Shown here: in pieces, positions 6,434 to 17,200 of the stretch
How positions within the stretch are numbered: position 1 is the first letter of the stretch
Layout of the letters: each line of letters begins with the position of its first letter
Source of the DNA: a virus
Taxonomy: Duplodnaviria; Caudoviricetes
Virus record (IMG/VR): IMGVR_UViG_3300047281_000029
Location: 1,013-65,012 of that record
Reading direction: 5' to 3' (one strand)
DNA length: 64,000 nucleotides
Made by a program: the position numbers and the translations under genes
Notes under the pieces: model-generated
What the model saw: the letters and a program-made list of their open reading frames with translations, nothing else
What the model was told of the DNA's origin: nothing
The model's database searches: none

Positions 6434-8038
6434 ATGACAAACTTCGGATACAGTCCAAAGGTCCTAGACTTCGACAAGGAAGGTCAGGACAAACTAATCA
6501 ACGGCATCACCACGATTGCCAAGGCCGTAAAGAGCACGCTTGGACCGCGTGGAAAGACGGTACTAATCGAATCAGCTAACCATACTCATGGAATTACAGT
6601 AACAAAGGACGGTGTAACGGTAGCTAAATCAATCGACCTATTAGATCCGGTAGAGAACCTAGCGGTAAAGATGATGAAGGAGGCCGCAGACCGAACCGCG
6701 ACAAGCGCGGGTGACGGTACCACGACGGCTATCGTACTAACTGAAGCGTTTGTAAAGAACGGGGCAGACATAATCAAGGACAGCCTAAACACTACAGAGG
6801 TGATTCGTCACATCAACAATACTACAAACGGTCTAATCAAGAGACTGGAGAAGCGTTCCAAGAAGGTAACTGGTAAGACGTTGAACAACGTGGCGTCAAT
6901 ATCTGCTAACAACGACTCTGAGATTGGAGATTTAATATCGGATGCGTACAATAAGGTAGGTGACGATGGTATTGTTACGGTAGAGAACTCTCAGACATCA
7001 GAGACGTACTGCGAATTTACTGACGGTATTAAGATCAACAGGGGGTACACGTCTCCATTGTTTGTGAACGACCACAGAAAGGACGAGTGCATTCTGGACG
7101 ATGTGCATATTTTGGTTACGGATCAGGAGATTAATAACATCCTGTCAATTGAGAACGTGCTGAGAGATGTTATCTCAACAGGTAAAAAACTGTTAATCAT
7201 CGGGCCGTGCAGTCAGAACGTAATTAATACGCTGGCAATCAACGTGGTACAGAAGGGACTTAAGTTCTGTAACATCACCCCACCTGAGTTTGGTTACAAG
7301 CGTAACGAACTTATGAACGATATTGCCTTGGCAGTAGGTGCGAAGTACTTCTCGGAGCAGACCGGAGACGACTTAAGCTTGATGACAATCGAGTCTTTAG
7401 GTAAGGCTAAGCGTGTTATCGTTGGAAGGGAGACGGCGTCTATTATAAAATCACCAGAGACTAGTGAGGCGGTAAGGGAACGAGTGATTCAGTTATGGCA
7501 GGCACACGCGCTAAGCTCTAAAAAGAACGAGCAGGACTTTATCAAGGAAAGAATTGCCAGCTTAACAGGTGGAATCGCTGTAATTCATGTGGGTGGAAAC
7601 TCGGACCTGGAGCAGAAGGAACGCAAGGACCGTGTTGACGATGCAGTATGCGCGGTAAGATCTGCACTGGAGGAGGGCATTTTACCTGGTGGTGGAGTAG
7701 CCTTGTTCAATGAGTCGTATGCGATCATTGCAGATGCAGACGACATGATCGAGGACATCAGCGCTGAGCAGTACGCTGCGATGCATATTGTGGCAAGATC
7801 GATCCAGGCACCACTACTACAGATATTTGAGAATGCAGGACTAGACGGATACGAGCTAATGGATGGACTACAAGGGTACACCATAGGATTCGATATTAAG
7901 AAAATGCAGTCGGGGGACATGTACAAGATGGGAGTAATTGATCCATTAAAGGTAACGAAGAATGCGCTTAAGAACGCGGTGTCCGTATCAACAACAATTT
8001 TGAGTACTAACGCAATTATAACAATGGCAAGAGCATAA
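6434..8038 (+). CDS. groEL: Phage chaperonin GroEL (Cpn60)
   Basis: TLGPRG, ITVTKDGVTVAK, AGDGTTTA, GILPGGG, GVIDPLKVT motifs; no GGM tail. Confidence 0.97.
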   Translation: MTNFGYSPKVLDFDKEGQDKLINGITTIAKAVKSTLGPRGKTVLIESANHTHGITVTKDGVTVAKSIDLLDPVENLAVKMMKEAADRTATSAGDGTTTAIVLTEAFVKNGADIIKDSLNTTEVIRHINNTTNGLIKRLEKRSKKVTGKTLNNVASISANNDSEIGDLISDAYNKVGDDGIVTVENSQTSETYCEFTDGIKINRGYTSPLFVNDHRKDECILDDVHILVTDQEINNILSIENVLRDVISTGKKLLIIGPCSQNVINTLAINVVQKGLKFCNITPPEFGYKRNELMNDIALAVGAKYFSEQTGDDLSLMTIESLGKAKRVIVGRETASIIKSPETSEAVRERVIQLWQAHALSSKKNEQDFIKERIASLTGGIAVIHVGGNSDLEQKERKDRVDDAVCAVRSALEEGILPGGGVALFNESYAIIADADDMIEDISAEQYAAMHIVARSIQAPLLQIFENAGLDGYELMDGLQGYTIGFDIKKMQSGDMYKMGVIDPLKVTKNALKNAVSVSTTILSTNAIITMARA

Positions 8039-8397
8039 TGGAACAAGCAAGAATGAATTCATCAGGAACACTTACGTTTTCAGGTAGCAGTAACTCATCA
8101 ATTTACGCTACAGGACTAACATATAATCCATCATCAAATATAGGAATGGGTGACCCAAACCCATCATTTAAATTCACAGTAACATCAAGTAAAATGAGAC
8201 AAGTAAAGGCAGCACTATTCACAGTGACAAGAGATTCAAAAACAAACGAAATTATCGACTCTGAATTTGTAAAAGAGTTCTGGGTAAAGCAAAAACCAGG
8301 AGTTTCGTTTGATGTAGCAGCGTCACATGCTAACGGATACGCAATTGATCCAGACAAGGAAGTAATTAGAGAATTATTTAGCGTAAATTTCTACTAG
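8038..8397 (+). CDS. Hypothetical protein between groEL and groES
   Basis: Coupled ORF. Confidence 0.65.
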   Translation: MEQARMNSSGTLTFSGSSNSSIYATGLTYNPSSNIGMGDPNPSFKFTVTSSKMRQVKAALFTVTRDSKTNEIIDSEFVKEFWVKQKPGVSFDVAASHANGYAIDPDKEVIRELFSVNFY

Positions 8398-8398
8398 T

Positions 8399-8674
8399 AT
8401 GCAACAGACTAACGGACCACAACCAATCAATAAGTACATTTTAATAAATTCGATAGACGAGCAGATCCAGACAGACTCTGGACTGCTGCTATCAGGAAGC
8501 GATAACGAAAAGTTTCGCTACAAAAAAGGCCAGGTCGTTCGACCTGGCACTAATGTAGACTGCGTTAAAGAGGACGACATGATATACTATGACAAGAATG
8601 CCGGGTATACCATGATCATAAACGACATTCCCTATACAATTATTCTTGAGAGGGACGTTGTTGTTGTTCTTTAA
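8399..8674 (+). CDS. groES: Co-chaperonin GroES (Cpn10)
   Basis: PINKYILI...TDSGLLL...GQVVRPG...VKEDDMIYY...ILERDVVVVL pattern, next to groEL. Confidence 0.85.
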   Translation: MQQTNGPQPINKYILINSIDEQIQTDSGLLLSGSDNEKFRYKKGQVVRPGTNVDCVKEDDMIYYDKNAGYTMIINDIPYTIILERDVVVVL

Positions 8675-9239
8675 GTTGTTTTTTATACTCTAAGTAGGGT
8701 GTAATTTCCTTTCTACGCTTAATAACATGAGGCTGCTGCTGATATGCTTGTTCTTCAAGCTCGGCAAGCCTCTTTTTTTCTTTCCTTGTACGATTCATCT
8801 TACGAATTATACGCTTATCACGGTCCATAGCATAACCACTGTTTCGCTTTTGGAACATTGGGTTGGCACAAGGACTTTCAGATATGGTCTGTTCACCTTC
8901 TAGCTTCTTATAGATCGCCTTAATAAGGTTTCTACCCTTTAATGATACCTCGTATAGTGCAGCCTCACCGTTCATTCGGTCACGCCACTTGCTAATCCAC
9001 CCGTCACGATACAGTCTGGCCCATCTAACGTTGTCCCAAGCCATCATTTTATCAAATTCAGTGAACTGAGCCTTGTTAAAAAGCCTCTCACTGTGTAAGA
9101 ACAGCAGCATTTCTAGATCTGGATAGTTTAGACCGTGCTTTTCACGTGCCCATATGCGAACAATTCTCCAGTACTTTAAATAATCTGACTTTGGTTCGAC
9201 CCTTGTGTAGGTTTTCTTAATAATTTTCTTGAATTCCAT
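8640..9239 (-). CDS. Putative winged-helix (MarR-like) regulator
   Basis: LNYPDLEMLLFL...LYRDGWI...LYEVSLKGRNLI wHTH-like pattern; lone antisense gene. Confidence 0.55.
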   Translation of the reverse strand: MEFKKIIKKTYTRVEPKSDYLKYWRIVRIWAREKHGLNYPDLEMLLFLHSERLFNKAQFTEFDKMMAWDNVRWARLYRDGWISKWRDRMNGEAALYEVSLKGRNLIKAIYKKLEGEQTISESPCANPMFQKRNSGYAMDRDKRIIRKMNRTRKEKKRLAELEEQAYQQQPHVIKRRKEITPYLEYKKQLKEQQQRPSQE

Positions 9240-9254
9240 TTGAATTAAATTTAA

Positions 9255-9270
9255 TATCTTTGCAAAGATA
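9255..9270. promoter_or_regulatory. Palindromic pair of opposed -7 promoter elements
   Basis: TATCTTTG|CAAAGATA perfect 16-bp palindrome between divergent ORFs. Confidence 0.65.
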
Positions 9271-9284
9271 ATTAATTTACGGTT

Positions 9285-9536
9285 ATGAAGAAAAAATGCG
9301 CACCAAGTATGTCTGCTAGCAAGAAAAAAGCGGCACAGTACGAGTCAAAAAAGTCTCTTAACGGGAAAATGAGCTACCTTAAGGGTAACGTAAAGAAATA
9401 AGCTATGCCATTAAAGTCAGGTAAGAGTGCTAAAACAATTAGCGCAAACATAAGAATGGAAATGAAGCATGGTAAGCCTCAGAAGCAGGCCATTGCTATT
9501 GCATTATCTAAGGCTGGTAAATCTAAAAAGAAGTAG
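9285..9536 (+). CDS. Two small Lys-rich proteins: 9285-9401 and 9405-9536
   Basis: MKKKCAPS...; [38 protein letters not shown], a common phage basic peptide motif. Confidence 0.7.
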
Positions 9537-9537
9537 C

Positions 9538-9804
9538 ATGGTTGATAAGAAGTCAATGAAGTGTAATACTCCTAAGAGAACACCTAGCCACCCTACAAAG
9601 TCTCATGTTGTAAAGGCATGCACTAACGGAAAGGAAAAGATAATTCGATTCGGAGAGCAGGGAGCTAAGACGGCAGGTAAACCAAAGGCTGGAGAGAGCG
9701 ATGCGATGAAAGCAAAGAGGGCTTCTTTTAAGGCAAGACACGGTAAGAACATAGCTAAGGGTAAGTCGAGTGCGGCATACTGGGCTGATAAAGTTAAGTG
9801 GTAA
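9538..9804 (+). CDS. Conserved small basic phage protein (start 9538)
   Basis: KIIRFGEQG...RASFKARH...SAAYWADKVKW. Confidence 0.75.
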   Translation: MVDKKSMKCNTPKRTPSHPTKSHVVKACTNGKEKIIRFGEQGAKTAGKPKAGESDAMKAKRASFKARHGKNIAKGKSSAAYWADKVKW

Positions 9805-9941
9805 TGATGATAAAGAGAAAGGACGGATCAACGTCTAAAAGAGGGCTCTGGGACAACATAAGAGCTAACAAGGGTAGCGGAAAGGCTCCGACTAAGGAGA
9901 TGCTGAAACAGGAAAAGAAAATCAAAAAAAATGCCAGGTAA
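9804..9941 (+). CDS. Small basic protein (45 aa, not in ORF track)
   Basis: MMIKRKDGSTSKRGLWDNIRANKG...; coupled at both ends. Confidence 0.6.
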   Translation: MMIKRKDGSTSKRGLWDNIRANKGSGKAPTKEMLKQEKKIKKNAR

Positions 9942-10203
9942 AACAGCTACATATTATAAAGAAAATCCAGAGGCTCGTAAAAAGCGCAACGAATATCAGA
10001 AGGAATATAATAAATCTGATAAGCAAGTAGCTAAGCGAGTAGAACTTAACCGTGAGAACCGAAAAAGAGGTACGTACGGTGATAAAAATGGAATGGACTT
10101 ATCGCATACTAAGCGTGGATACGTAATGAAGAAGGCGTCAGAGAATAGAGGAGACACTAACGACATGCCTGGAGACAAAAGGGCAAGAGGTAAAAAAAAG
10201 TAA
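9931..10203 (+). CDS. Basic protein, degenerate HNH-like
   Basis: R..LNRENRKRG...DLSH...SENRG pattern. Confidence 0.55.
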   Translation: MPGKTATYYKENPEARKKRNEYQKEYNKSDKQVAKRVELNRENRKRGTYGDKNGMDLSHTKRGYVMKKASENRGDTNDMPGDKRARGKKK

Positions 10204-10221
10204 ACTTAAAAACTAAATAAA

Positions 10222-10410
10222 ATGTTACTAGGAAACGCAATAGAACTAATCACAGAAGCAACAGGGATAAAAAAAGTAGTTGACACTATAGCAGAAAAAA
10301 CAAACACGGACTGTGGATGTGGAGCTAGAAAGGAAAAACTAAACAATCCTAATTTACTAATAAACAAAATATTAAACAAAGATGGCGTATCAGAAACTAC
10401 AACAAAGTAG
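10222..10410 (+). CDS. Hypothetical protein (DCGC motif)
   Basis: LGNAIELITEATGIKKVV...DCGCGARKEKLN. Confidence 0.7.
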   Translation: MLLGNAIELITEATGIKKVVDTIAEKTNTDCGCGARKEKLNNPNLLINKILNKDGVSETTTK

Positions 10411-10642
10411 AGCCTTAGCAGTAGTTAAGTCCAATACAGAAAACATTCCTTCGGTTAACGGGGCAGCACAGACTGATCCTTGTGTACTTTACACTGGATC
10501 TGGAGGAGTTATAAGAGTTCTTACAGCAGGAGGTGATGACATCACTTTAAATGCAGTACCAGCAGGAGTAGTACTTCCAATTCAAGTAGTTCGTGTATTC
10601 TCTTCAACAACAACAGCTACTGGTATTGTAGCTCTTTGGTAG
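10382..10642 (+). CDS. Small beta-rich structural protein (spike-base-like)
   Basis: LYTGSGG.IRV...VPAGVVLPIQVVRVFSS.TTATGIVALW. Confidence 0.6.
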   Translation: MAYQKLQQSRALAVVKSNTENIPSVNGAAQTDPCVLYTGSGGVIRVLTAGGDDITLNAVPAGVVLPIQVVRVFSSTTTATGIVALW

Positions 10643-10643
10643 T

Positions 10644-10835
10644 ATGCGTAAGAACCTTGATACAATAATAAACAGATGGATAAGTAGAAAGTTATTTGTT
10701 TTCCTTATAGGATGTGCTGGGCTGTTCTCAGGAACACTTACATCATCTGACTGGGTTATTATAGCTACAGCGTATATTAGTATTCAAGGGGTTACAGATA
10801 TTGTCGAAAAATTATCCGTTAAAAAAAATGAGTAA
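10644..10835 (+). CDS. Putative holin
   Basis: Two hydrophobic segments, SRKL motif, upstream of the endolysin. Confidence 0.6.
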   Translation: MRKNLDTIINRWISRKLFVFLIGCAGLFSGTLTSSDWVIIATAYISIQGVTDIVEKLSVKKNE

Positions 10836-11121
10836 TTTAGAGATAGAGAGATTGGACAGACTTGAAAAGAAGCAGCAAGAACTTGTTGAAGACTTAGCAA
10901 TTGTTGGAGAAAATATACGTGATATTAAGAACGCTATTGTTGGCAATGAGCTCAACAATAACCACGGAATGCTTTACAAGATAAATGAGATAGAGGACAG
11001 GGTAGAGGATCTTGAAGTATTTAAAAACGAGGTATCAGTATACGTTAAACAATTTAAAGTAGTGATGCTTATTATATTAGGATCTTTAGGAACTATACTA
11101 GTAAAAATATTTTCAAAGTAA
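10828..11121 (+). CDS. Coiled-coil protein with C-terminal TM helix (lysis-associated)
   Basis: Heptad pattern, hydrophobic C-terminus, within the lysis cassette. Confidence 0.55.
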   Translation: MSNLEIERLDRLEKKQQELVEDLAIVGENIRDIKNAIVGNELNNNHGMLYKINEIEDRVEDLEVFKNEVSVYVKQFKVVMLIILGSLGTILVKIFSK

Positions 11122-11579
11122 TGCAGCTATCCAAGAACCTATCTCTAGCAGAAATGATTCGTAGCGAGTCAGCAAAAAGAAACGGAATAAGTAACATGCC
11201 AACAGAAGAACATTTAACTAATATGAAAAAATTAGCTATAAACGTTTTTCAGCCTATTAGAGAGCATTTTAACGTTCCAATACATATAAGTTCCGGATAT
11301 AGAAGTTTAGAGTTAAACAAGGCTATAAAAGGATCTAAAACAAGTCAGCACTGCACAGGTGAGGCTATAGATATTGACATGGATGGAACTAAAGTGACAA
11401 ACAAGCAGGTATTTGATTATATTAAAAATAATATAGTATTTGATCAGATGATATGGGAGTTTGGTACAGATTCAAATCCAGACTGGGTACACGTATCTTA
11501 CGAGTCTAGTGGTAAGCAAAGAAAACAAATACTAAAAGCAACCAAAAAAAATGGCAAGACAGTTTACACTAATTATTAG
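11121..11579 (+). CDS. Endolysin, peptidase M15A family
   Basis: SSGYRS, SQHCTGEAIDID and WVHVSY zinc-peptidase motifs. Confidence 0.9.
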   Translation: MQLSKNLSLAEMIRSESAKRNGISNMPTEEHLTNMKKLAINVFQPIREHFNVPIHISSGYRSLELNKAIKGSKTSQHCTGEAIDIDMDGTKVTNKQVFDYIKNNIVFDQMIWEFGTDSNPDWVHVSYESSGKQRKQILKATKKNGKTVYTNY

Positions 11580-12015
11580 TATATTACTCTTAGTATCTTG
11601 TGCCTCTAGAAAGGTAGATGTAGCTAAGGTAGAGGTATTAAATAAGGTAGACAGCTCTGTAGTTTTTAAAGTAGACGGTACTTATATTAAAGATAATAAC
11701 GTCGTTGTAATAGAGTCAACAGATGAGGTTGAGTATGTTGCAAAGGACACATCTAAGCCAATGGAGATTGAAGGAAAGCTATTTAAGAATGTAATTATAA
11801 AGAGCAAGAAATCAAAAAAAACAACCATAGATAAGACAAAAGAAAAGGAGCAGGTATCTTCTGTAAAAAAGTTAAATGTAAAAAAAGAAGCTGCTAAAAA
11901 AATCTTCAAAAAGAAGACTGACAAGAAGGCTAACTACTTTGTTTATTTATGGTTATTACTTATACCTGTCGGAATGTATGTTTATAGACAGATCAAAAAC
12001 AAAATATTCTTATAA
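11551..12015 (+). CDS. Probable unimolecular spanin
   Basis: N-terminal lipoprotein signal (LLLVSC) and C-terminal TM helix, directly after the endolysin. Confidence 0.7.
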   Translation: MARQFTLIISILLLVSCASRKVDVAKVEVLNKVDSSVVFKVDGTYIKDNNVVVIESTDEVEYVAKDTSKPMEIEGKLFKNVIIKSKKSKKTTIDKTKEKEQVSSVKKLNVKKEAAKKIFKKKTDKKANYFVYLWLLLIPVGMYVYRQIKNKIFL

Positions 12016-12149
12016 TGGCAAAACAAACAGAATCAAACAAAAAAGAATCTAAGAGTATTAGTAGACCAGAAGTTCATGCTAAATCAAAGACTTCTAAATT
12101 AAAGTCAAGTAAAAATTACGTGAAGAAAAATCGCGGACAGGGAAAGTAA
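12015..12149 (+). CDS. Small basic protein (not in ORF track)
   Basis: MAKQTES...HAKSKTSKLKSSKNYVKKNRGQGK. Confidence 0.65.
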   Translation: MAKQTESNKKESKSISRPEVHAKSKTSKLKSSKNYVKKNRGQGK

Positions 12150-12150
12150 C

Positions 12151-12864
12151 ATGACAAAAATAAGTACATACGTTATAGATGACAAGGTTACCTCACTAGA
12201 TAAGTGGATTGGTTCTGATGCTAATATGCAGAACAAAACAAAAAACTTTACACCTAAGAAGCTAGCCGAGTATTTTAATGAGAATCAGATAATTAATATC
12301 GGGGTTCCGCTTCAGTACAAGTACTATACTTTAGAGCCTTTAGAATCAAGACCTAACGGAACGTTAACGTTTGAGACTGAGATAGGTCCTACCGTTAACT
12401 TTTCTTCTATAAGCACATTTATATTAAGTAAGTACACAACAAAGCAAAATATAGTATCTGATTTTTTAGACTTCTTAGATAAATCTAAGGTATTACTATT
12501 TAAATCTAGCGATATAAATTTCTTTGGATTTTATAAAATAACAAGTATAGAGCCGTACGAAGCGGATCCTAACTTCTTTGTTGTTACTGTGGAATACGAG
12601 ACTGGTCATGGAGCGCTAGAAGAGGACGAGGATTATATGATATCACTTGTTGCTCTTGAAGAATCCTTGGACAAGACGTTTATCTTTACACAGGACACGC
12701 CTGCTAATCCTTGGATAGTAAATCATAACCTAAATAAATTTCCGTCAGCCACAATGGTCTTGTCTACAGGACAGGTAGGTATTGCGGACATTGTATATAT
12801 AGACGCAAATAACTTAACAATAACTTTTTCTGGAGATGAATCTGGGAAAGCATACATGAACTAA
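12151..12864 (+). CDS. Putative virion structural protein
   Basis: C-terminal WIVNHNLNKFPS...LTITFS..SGKAYMN fibre-type module. Confidence 0.65.
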   Translation: MTKISTYVIDDKVTSLDKWIGSDANMQNKTKNFTPKKLAEYFNENQIINIGVPLQYKYYTLEPLESRPNGTLTFETEIGPTVNFSSISTFILSKYTTKQNIVSDFLDFLDKSKVLLFKSSDINFFGFYKITSIEPYEADPNFFVVTVEYETGHGALEEDEDYMISLVALEESLDKTFIFTQDTPANPWIVNHNLNKFPSATMVLSTGQVGIADIVYIDANNLTITFSGDESGKAYMN

Positions 12865-12866
12865 TT

Positions 12867-14189
12867 ATGGCAATACAGTTTTTAAATAACTTAAATATTA
12901 ACGACAACCAGCTATTGAACGCTAAGGTTCAGGTTGCTTCAACTGCCCCTACAGCTGCTAAGGGACAAATATACTTAGATAGTACAACAAACGTTAATAC
13001 ATTAAAGTATCACGACGGAACAGAATGGATAGGTTTAAAGCAAGTAAATCTTAACAACAGTACATTTGTTAGCTTAACTAATTTAAGTGCAGCAGGAAGC
13101 AATGTAATCAGTTTAGAGGCTAGTTTATCAGCTACAGGTACAAAGGATAGCACTACATTTTTAAGAGGAGACAATACATGGGCTGCTCCATTACAATATG
13201 CTGGATGGTATATTGATGGAGATAGCGGAATTTCTAGCTTAATAAATTCTGGAGAGACTGCTTACTTTGTAGGAGGAACAGCTATTACAACTGTTGTTGG
13301 TTCTGATACATTAACAATTAACCACGACTCTGTATCAAGAAGTGATACTACTTCTACATCTACTCCGTCATTTGGAGGGACCTTCACAGCTGTTGATAGC
13401 GTTACAAGTAATACTGAGGGTCATATAACAGGATTAAACTTAAAAACAGTTACAATACCAGCATCTCCTACAATTACATTGACAGGAGACGTTACTGGAT
13501 CTGGAACAACTTCTATTGCAACAACAATTGCTGCTGGAGCTGTAGAATTTGCAATGATGGATCCTACAGTAATTATTACTTCAAGCGAAGGTATAGGAAG
13601 CAACAATAATGACGTTACGTTACCAACAAGTGCAGCGGTTAAGTCTTATGTTGATTCTGCTGTTGCTGGAGGATTAGTATATCAAGGAGGGTACAACGCA
13701 TCTACAAACACACCTAACTTAGATTCTCCTCCAACAGGTACGATCAAGAAAGGATTTATGTGGACTGTTACAGCTGATGGATTATTCTTCACTGAACAGT
13801 TAAGAGTAGGTGATTCTGTAATAGCAGAAGTTGATTCTCCAACTACACTAGCAGATTGGACAACTGTTCAGGGTAATGTTGACTTAGCTACACTTTCAAC
13901 TGTAGGTATTGGTAATGTAAATGCAGGGACTGGTATTAGTGTATCTTACTCTAGTGGTACCGCTACTGTAAGCACTGTATCAACTTCAACATCTGGTCAA
14001 ATTACAGCTGGATCCTTGTCTGGTACTGTAAGCCATGCTTTTGGATTAAACACTATGGTTCAAACATTAGATGCAATAACTGGAGATACAGTATATTGCG
14101 ACGTTACTAGAACAACATCATCAGTAACAGCTACAATAGCAGCTGCAAATGCTAATAATATAATTATTTTAGTACAAAAAATAGGATAA
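12867..14189 (+). CDS. Putative tail fibre / structural protein
   Basis: Thr/Ser/Gly-rich; FLRGDNTW, LTGDVTGSG and PTSAAVKSYVD fibre motifs. Confidence 0.7.
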   Translation: MAIQFLNNLNINDNQLLNAKVQVASTAPTAAKGQIYLDSTTNVNTLKYHDGTEWIGLKQVNLNNSTFVSLTNLSAAGSNVISLEASLSATGTKDSTTFLRGDNTWAAPLQYAGWYIDGDSGISSLINSGETAYFVGGTAITTVVGSDTLTINHDSVSRSDTTSTSTPSFGGTFTAVDSVTSNTEGHITGLNLKTVTIPASPTITLTGDVTGSGTTSIATTIAAGAVEFAMMDPTVIITSSEGIGSNNNDVTLPTSAAVKSYVDSAVAGGLVYQGGYNASTNTPNLDSPPTGTIKKGFMWTVTADGLFFTEQLRVGDSVIAEVDSPTTLADWTTVQGNVDLATLSTVGIGNVNAGTGISVSYSSGTATVSTVSTSTSGQITAGSLSGTVSHAFGLNTMVQTLDAITGDTVYCDVTRTTSSVTATIAAANANNIIILVQKIG

Positions 14190-14202
14190 TAAAATATAAT
14201 AT

Positions 14203-17200
14203 ATGAAATTTAAAAGCGATATAGAGGTCCAAGCGGGTCTGAAGGATTCTTCAGGCTCTAATGGATCATCAGGCCAAGTATTATCTTCAAATGGCACAAC
14301 GGTTAGTTGGGTTAACGCAGGTGGTGGCGTTGCTAGTGATGTTCAGAATTTAGTTAAAGCAGGTGTCGCTATAAATAAAGGCCAAGCTGTATATGTTACA
14401 AGTGCTGACGGAACAAATATAATCGTTGGATTAGCATCGAATACAACAGAGGCTACTTCATCAAAAACACTAGGTTTACTTGATGCAACAGTTGCTATAA
14501 ATGGAATGGCTAATGTAGTGCAGATAGGTAGATTAGAAGGTCTTAATACTTTAGCCGCAACTGTTGGTGATCCTGTTTGGTTAGGGGCTAATGGTAATCT
14601 TATTTATGGGTTAATAAATAAACCTTACGCACCATTACATTTAGTATTTATCGGGGTTGTTACAAGGGTAAATGCTAACAACGGTGAAATATTTGTAAAT
14701 GTACAGAATGGATTTGAGCTTAACGAAATACACGATGTAGACCTAAAGACTAATGTCCCTATTAACGGTGATATTCTTGGATATAACGGTACATTATGGG
14801 TAAATAAAACAATAGCAGGATGGCTAGGATATACTCCTGCAAATCAAGCAATAACTATAGCAACTACTGCTCCTTTATCAGGTGGTGGTGATTTATCAGC
14901 AAATAGAACATTATCTATAAGCCAAGCTGGAGCTGCGTCAAATGGTTATTTAAGCGCAAACGATTGGGGTATATTTAACGGTAAGCAAAACGCTTTAAAT
15001 GGAACTGGATTTGTAAAAATATCAGGAACTACTATAAGCTATGACAATAGCACGTATACACCAACTTCAAGAACAATTACAATTAACGGTGTTACTCAGG
15101 ATTTAAGTGCAAACCAAACATGGACAATCGCTAGTGGTGTAACATCTTTCAATACAAGAACAGGAGCTATTACATTAACATCAGGTGATCTAACTACAGC
15201 CTTAGGATACACCCCTGTAACCGATTCAAGAACAATTACAATTAATGGCGTAGCCCAAGATTTATCAGCTAATAGAAGCTGGACAGTAAGTTCAACTGTT
15301 ACTTCTGGATTTAGTTTAGTAAACCAAGGAGCAGCAAGTAACACTCCATCTTCTCCAACAGCAAATATGGGTGTATTTGTTGATACTTACGCTTTTATAG
15401 ATTTAGCTACAGCCCATCCTGACGGAGGTTGGATTGATTTTAGTAAGGCTAATGGAACTGATTATGCAGGAAGAATTAGATATAATAATACTAGTGATTA
15501 CCTTAGTATAGCTGCTGGATCTAATGAACAAGTTAGAATATTTAATTCAAATGCAGAGGCTTTAGGTTCTTTTAGATCCCCTATATTTTACGACTCAAAT
15601 AATACCGGATTTTATTTAGATCCATCTGGATCATCGGTACTTAACGGAACAGTTGTTATCAAAGGAAATGATAATCAATTAGCAATAGACGGCACTACAG
15701 GCGGATTGGCATCGGGGTTATTTTTTAGGGAGTCTGGAGTTGACAAATATGAACTTTACCATTATAGTGGTGAATTTAGATTTTATAACTATACAACAAA
15801 CCAACAAGAAATGAGCATTAATAATGCTAGTGGTTTTGTTACATCAAGAACTTCTTTTAGAGCTCCAATATTCTACGATTCAAATGATACTAGTTTTTAT
15901 ACAGACCCTGCGTCAACAAGTAATTTAAACAAATTAAGAATAACTTCTGCTGGTAATAGCGCTGGCGGTAATATATTAATGGGGCCTGCCGGAGAAGGTG
16001 TAGGTAAATGGTCTTATCTAACGGGCACACACTATAATGCAACTTCGCAATCGAAGGGTGTATCAATTATAGGACTATATGCGTCAGCGTCTGAAAATGC
16101 TATTTCAATTGGAGGTAATATTTATGAGGCTAACCCGGCTACTGAAATAAGATTTTATACCCATAATGCAATAACACATGATACAGGCGGTAGTGTAAGA
16201 ATGGTTATTAATAGTGCTGGTAATGTTGAGGCTAACGTTGATATGAGAGCTCCAATATTCTACGATTCAAATAATACTGGGTATTATGTTGATCCAGCTT
16301 CAACAAGTAATTTAAATGGGTTAACAGTCGCTAATACAATAACTGGTAATATATCTGGAAATGCTAATTCATTAGGTAGTATTGCTGCGGATAGATTTGT
16401 ATATGGAGATGGAGCAAATGGTAGATCAAAGGGAATGAGTAGTGGAAATGCTAATACATCCGATTCATCTAACTCATCTGGATTTTATTTTGGAACTAAT
16501 GTAACTGGTATGCCTGGATCTGACTGGTGGAACTGGCTTACGGTGGCTGGTAATTCATGGTCAGGAAGTGATGGGTATAGATGGCAAATGACTGGGTCAT
16601 TTTGGTCTGATGATTGGAGATTAAGAAGAATGACATCTGGTTCTTGGAGCAGTTGGGTGTCATTATTACATTCAGGGAATTATAATTCATATTCTCCAAC
16701 TCTAACAGGAGGTAATGCTTCTGGTACCTGGGGAATAAATATAACTGGTAATGCGGCAACAGCAACAACATCAACCAGTTCAAGTTATTCAAATATGGAT
16801 TATTTGATGAGTGATAGAGATTTTCCTAATGGGACGCTTATTCAAACATCTATTAATTACAACAACTCTGAAGGAGACGCCTTTATATTAGAAATAAAAG
16901 GGAATGCGTATGGCAACGGAATGCCAATGGACATTCAAATACAAGGTTATATATATGCAAATACAATAATAAATACAGGAGGATACTCTAATGGTTTTCA
17001 AGTTAGTAGTATTTCAGCTATAAGATTTGGCGGTAATCTTTGTTTCTGGTTTCCTTCTCAAGGATATTGGAATGGTTATACAGTAAAGGTATATAGTGCA
17101 TTTAGCGGAAGACAAGCAAACAAAGTAACAAGTATAAGTAATTCTGGTTTGCCAACAACAGATAAAATAGTTAATTTTACTACTGCCCAATCTTTACGAT

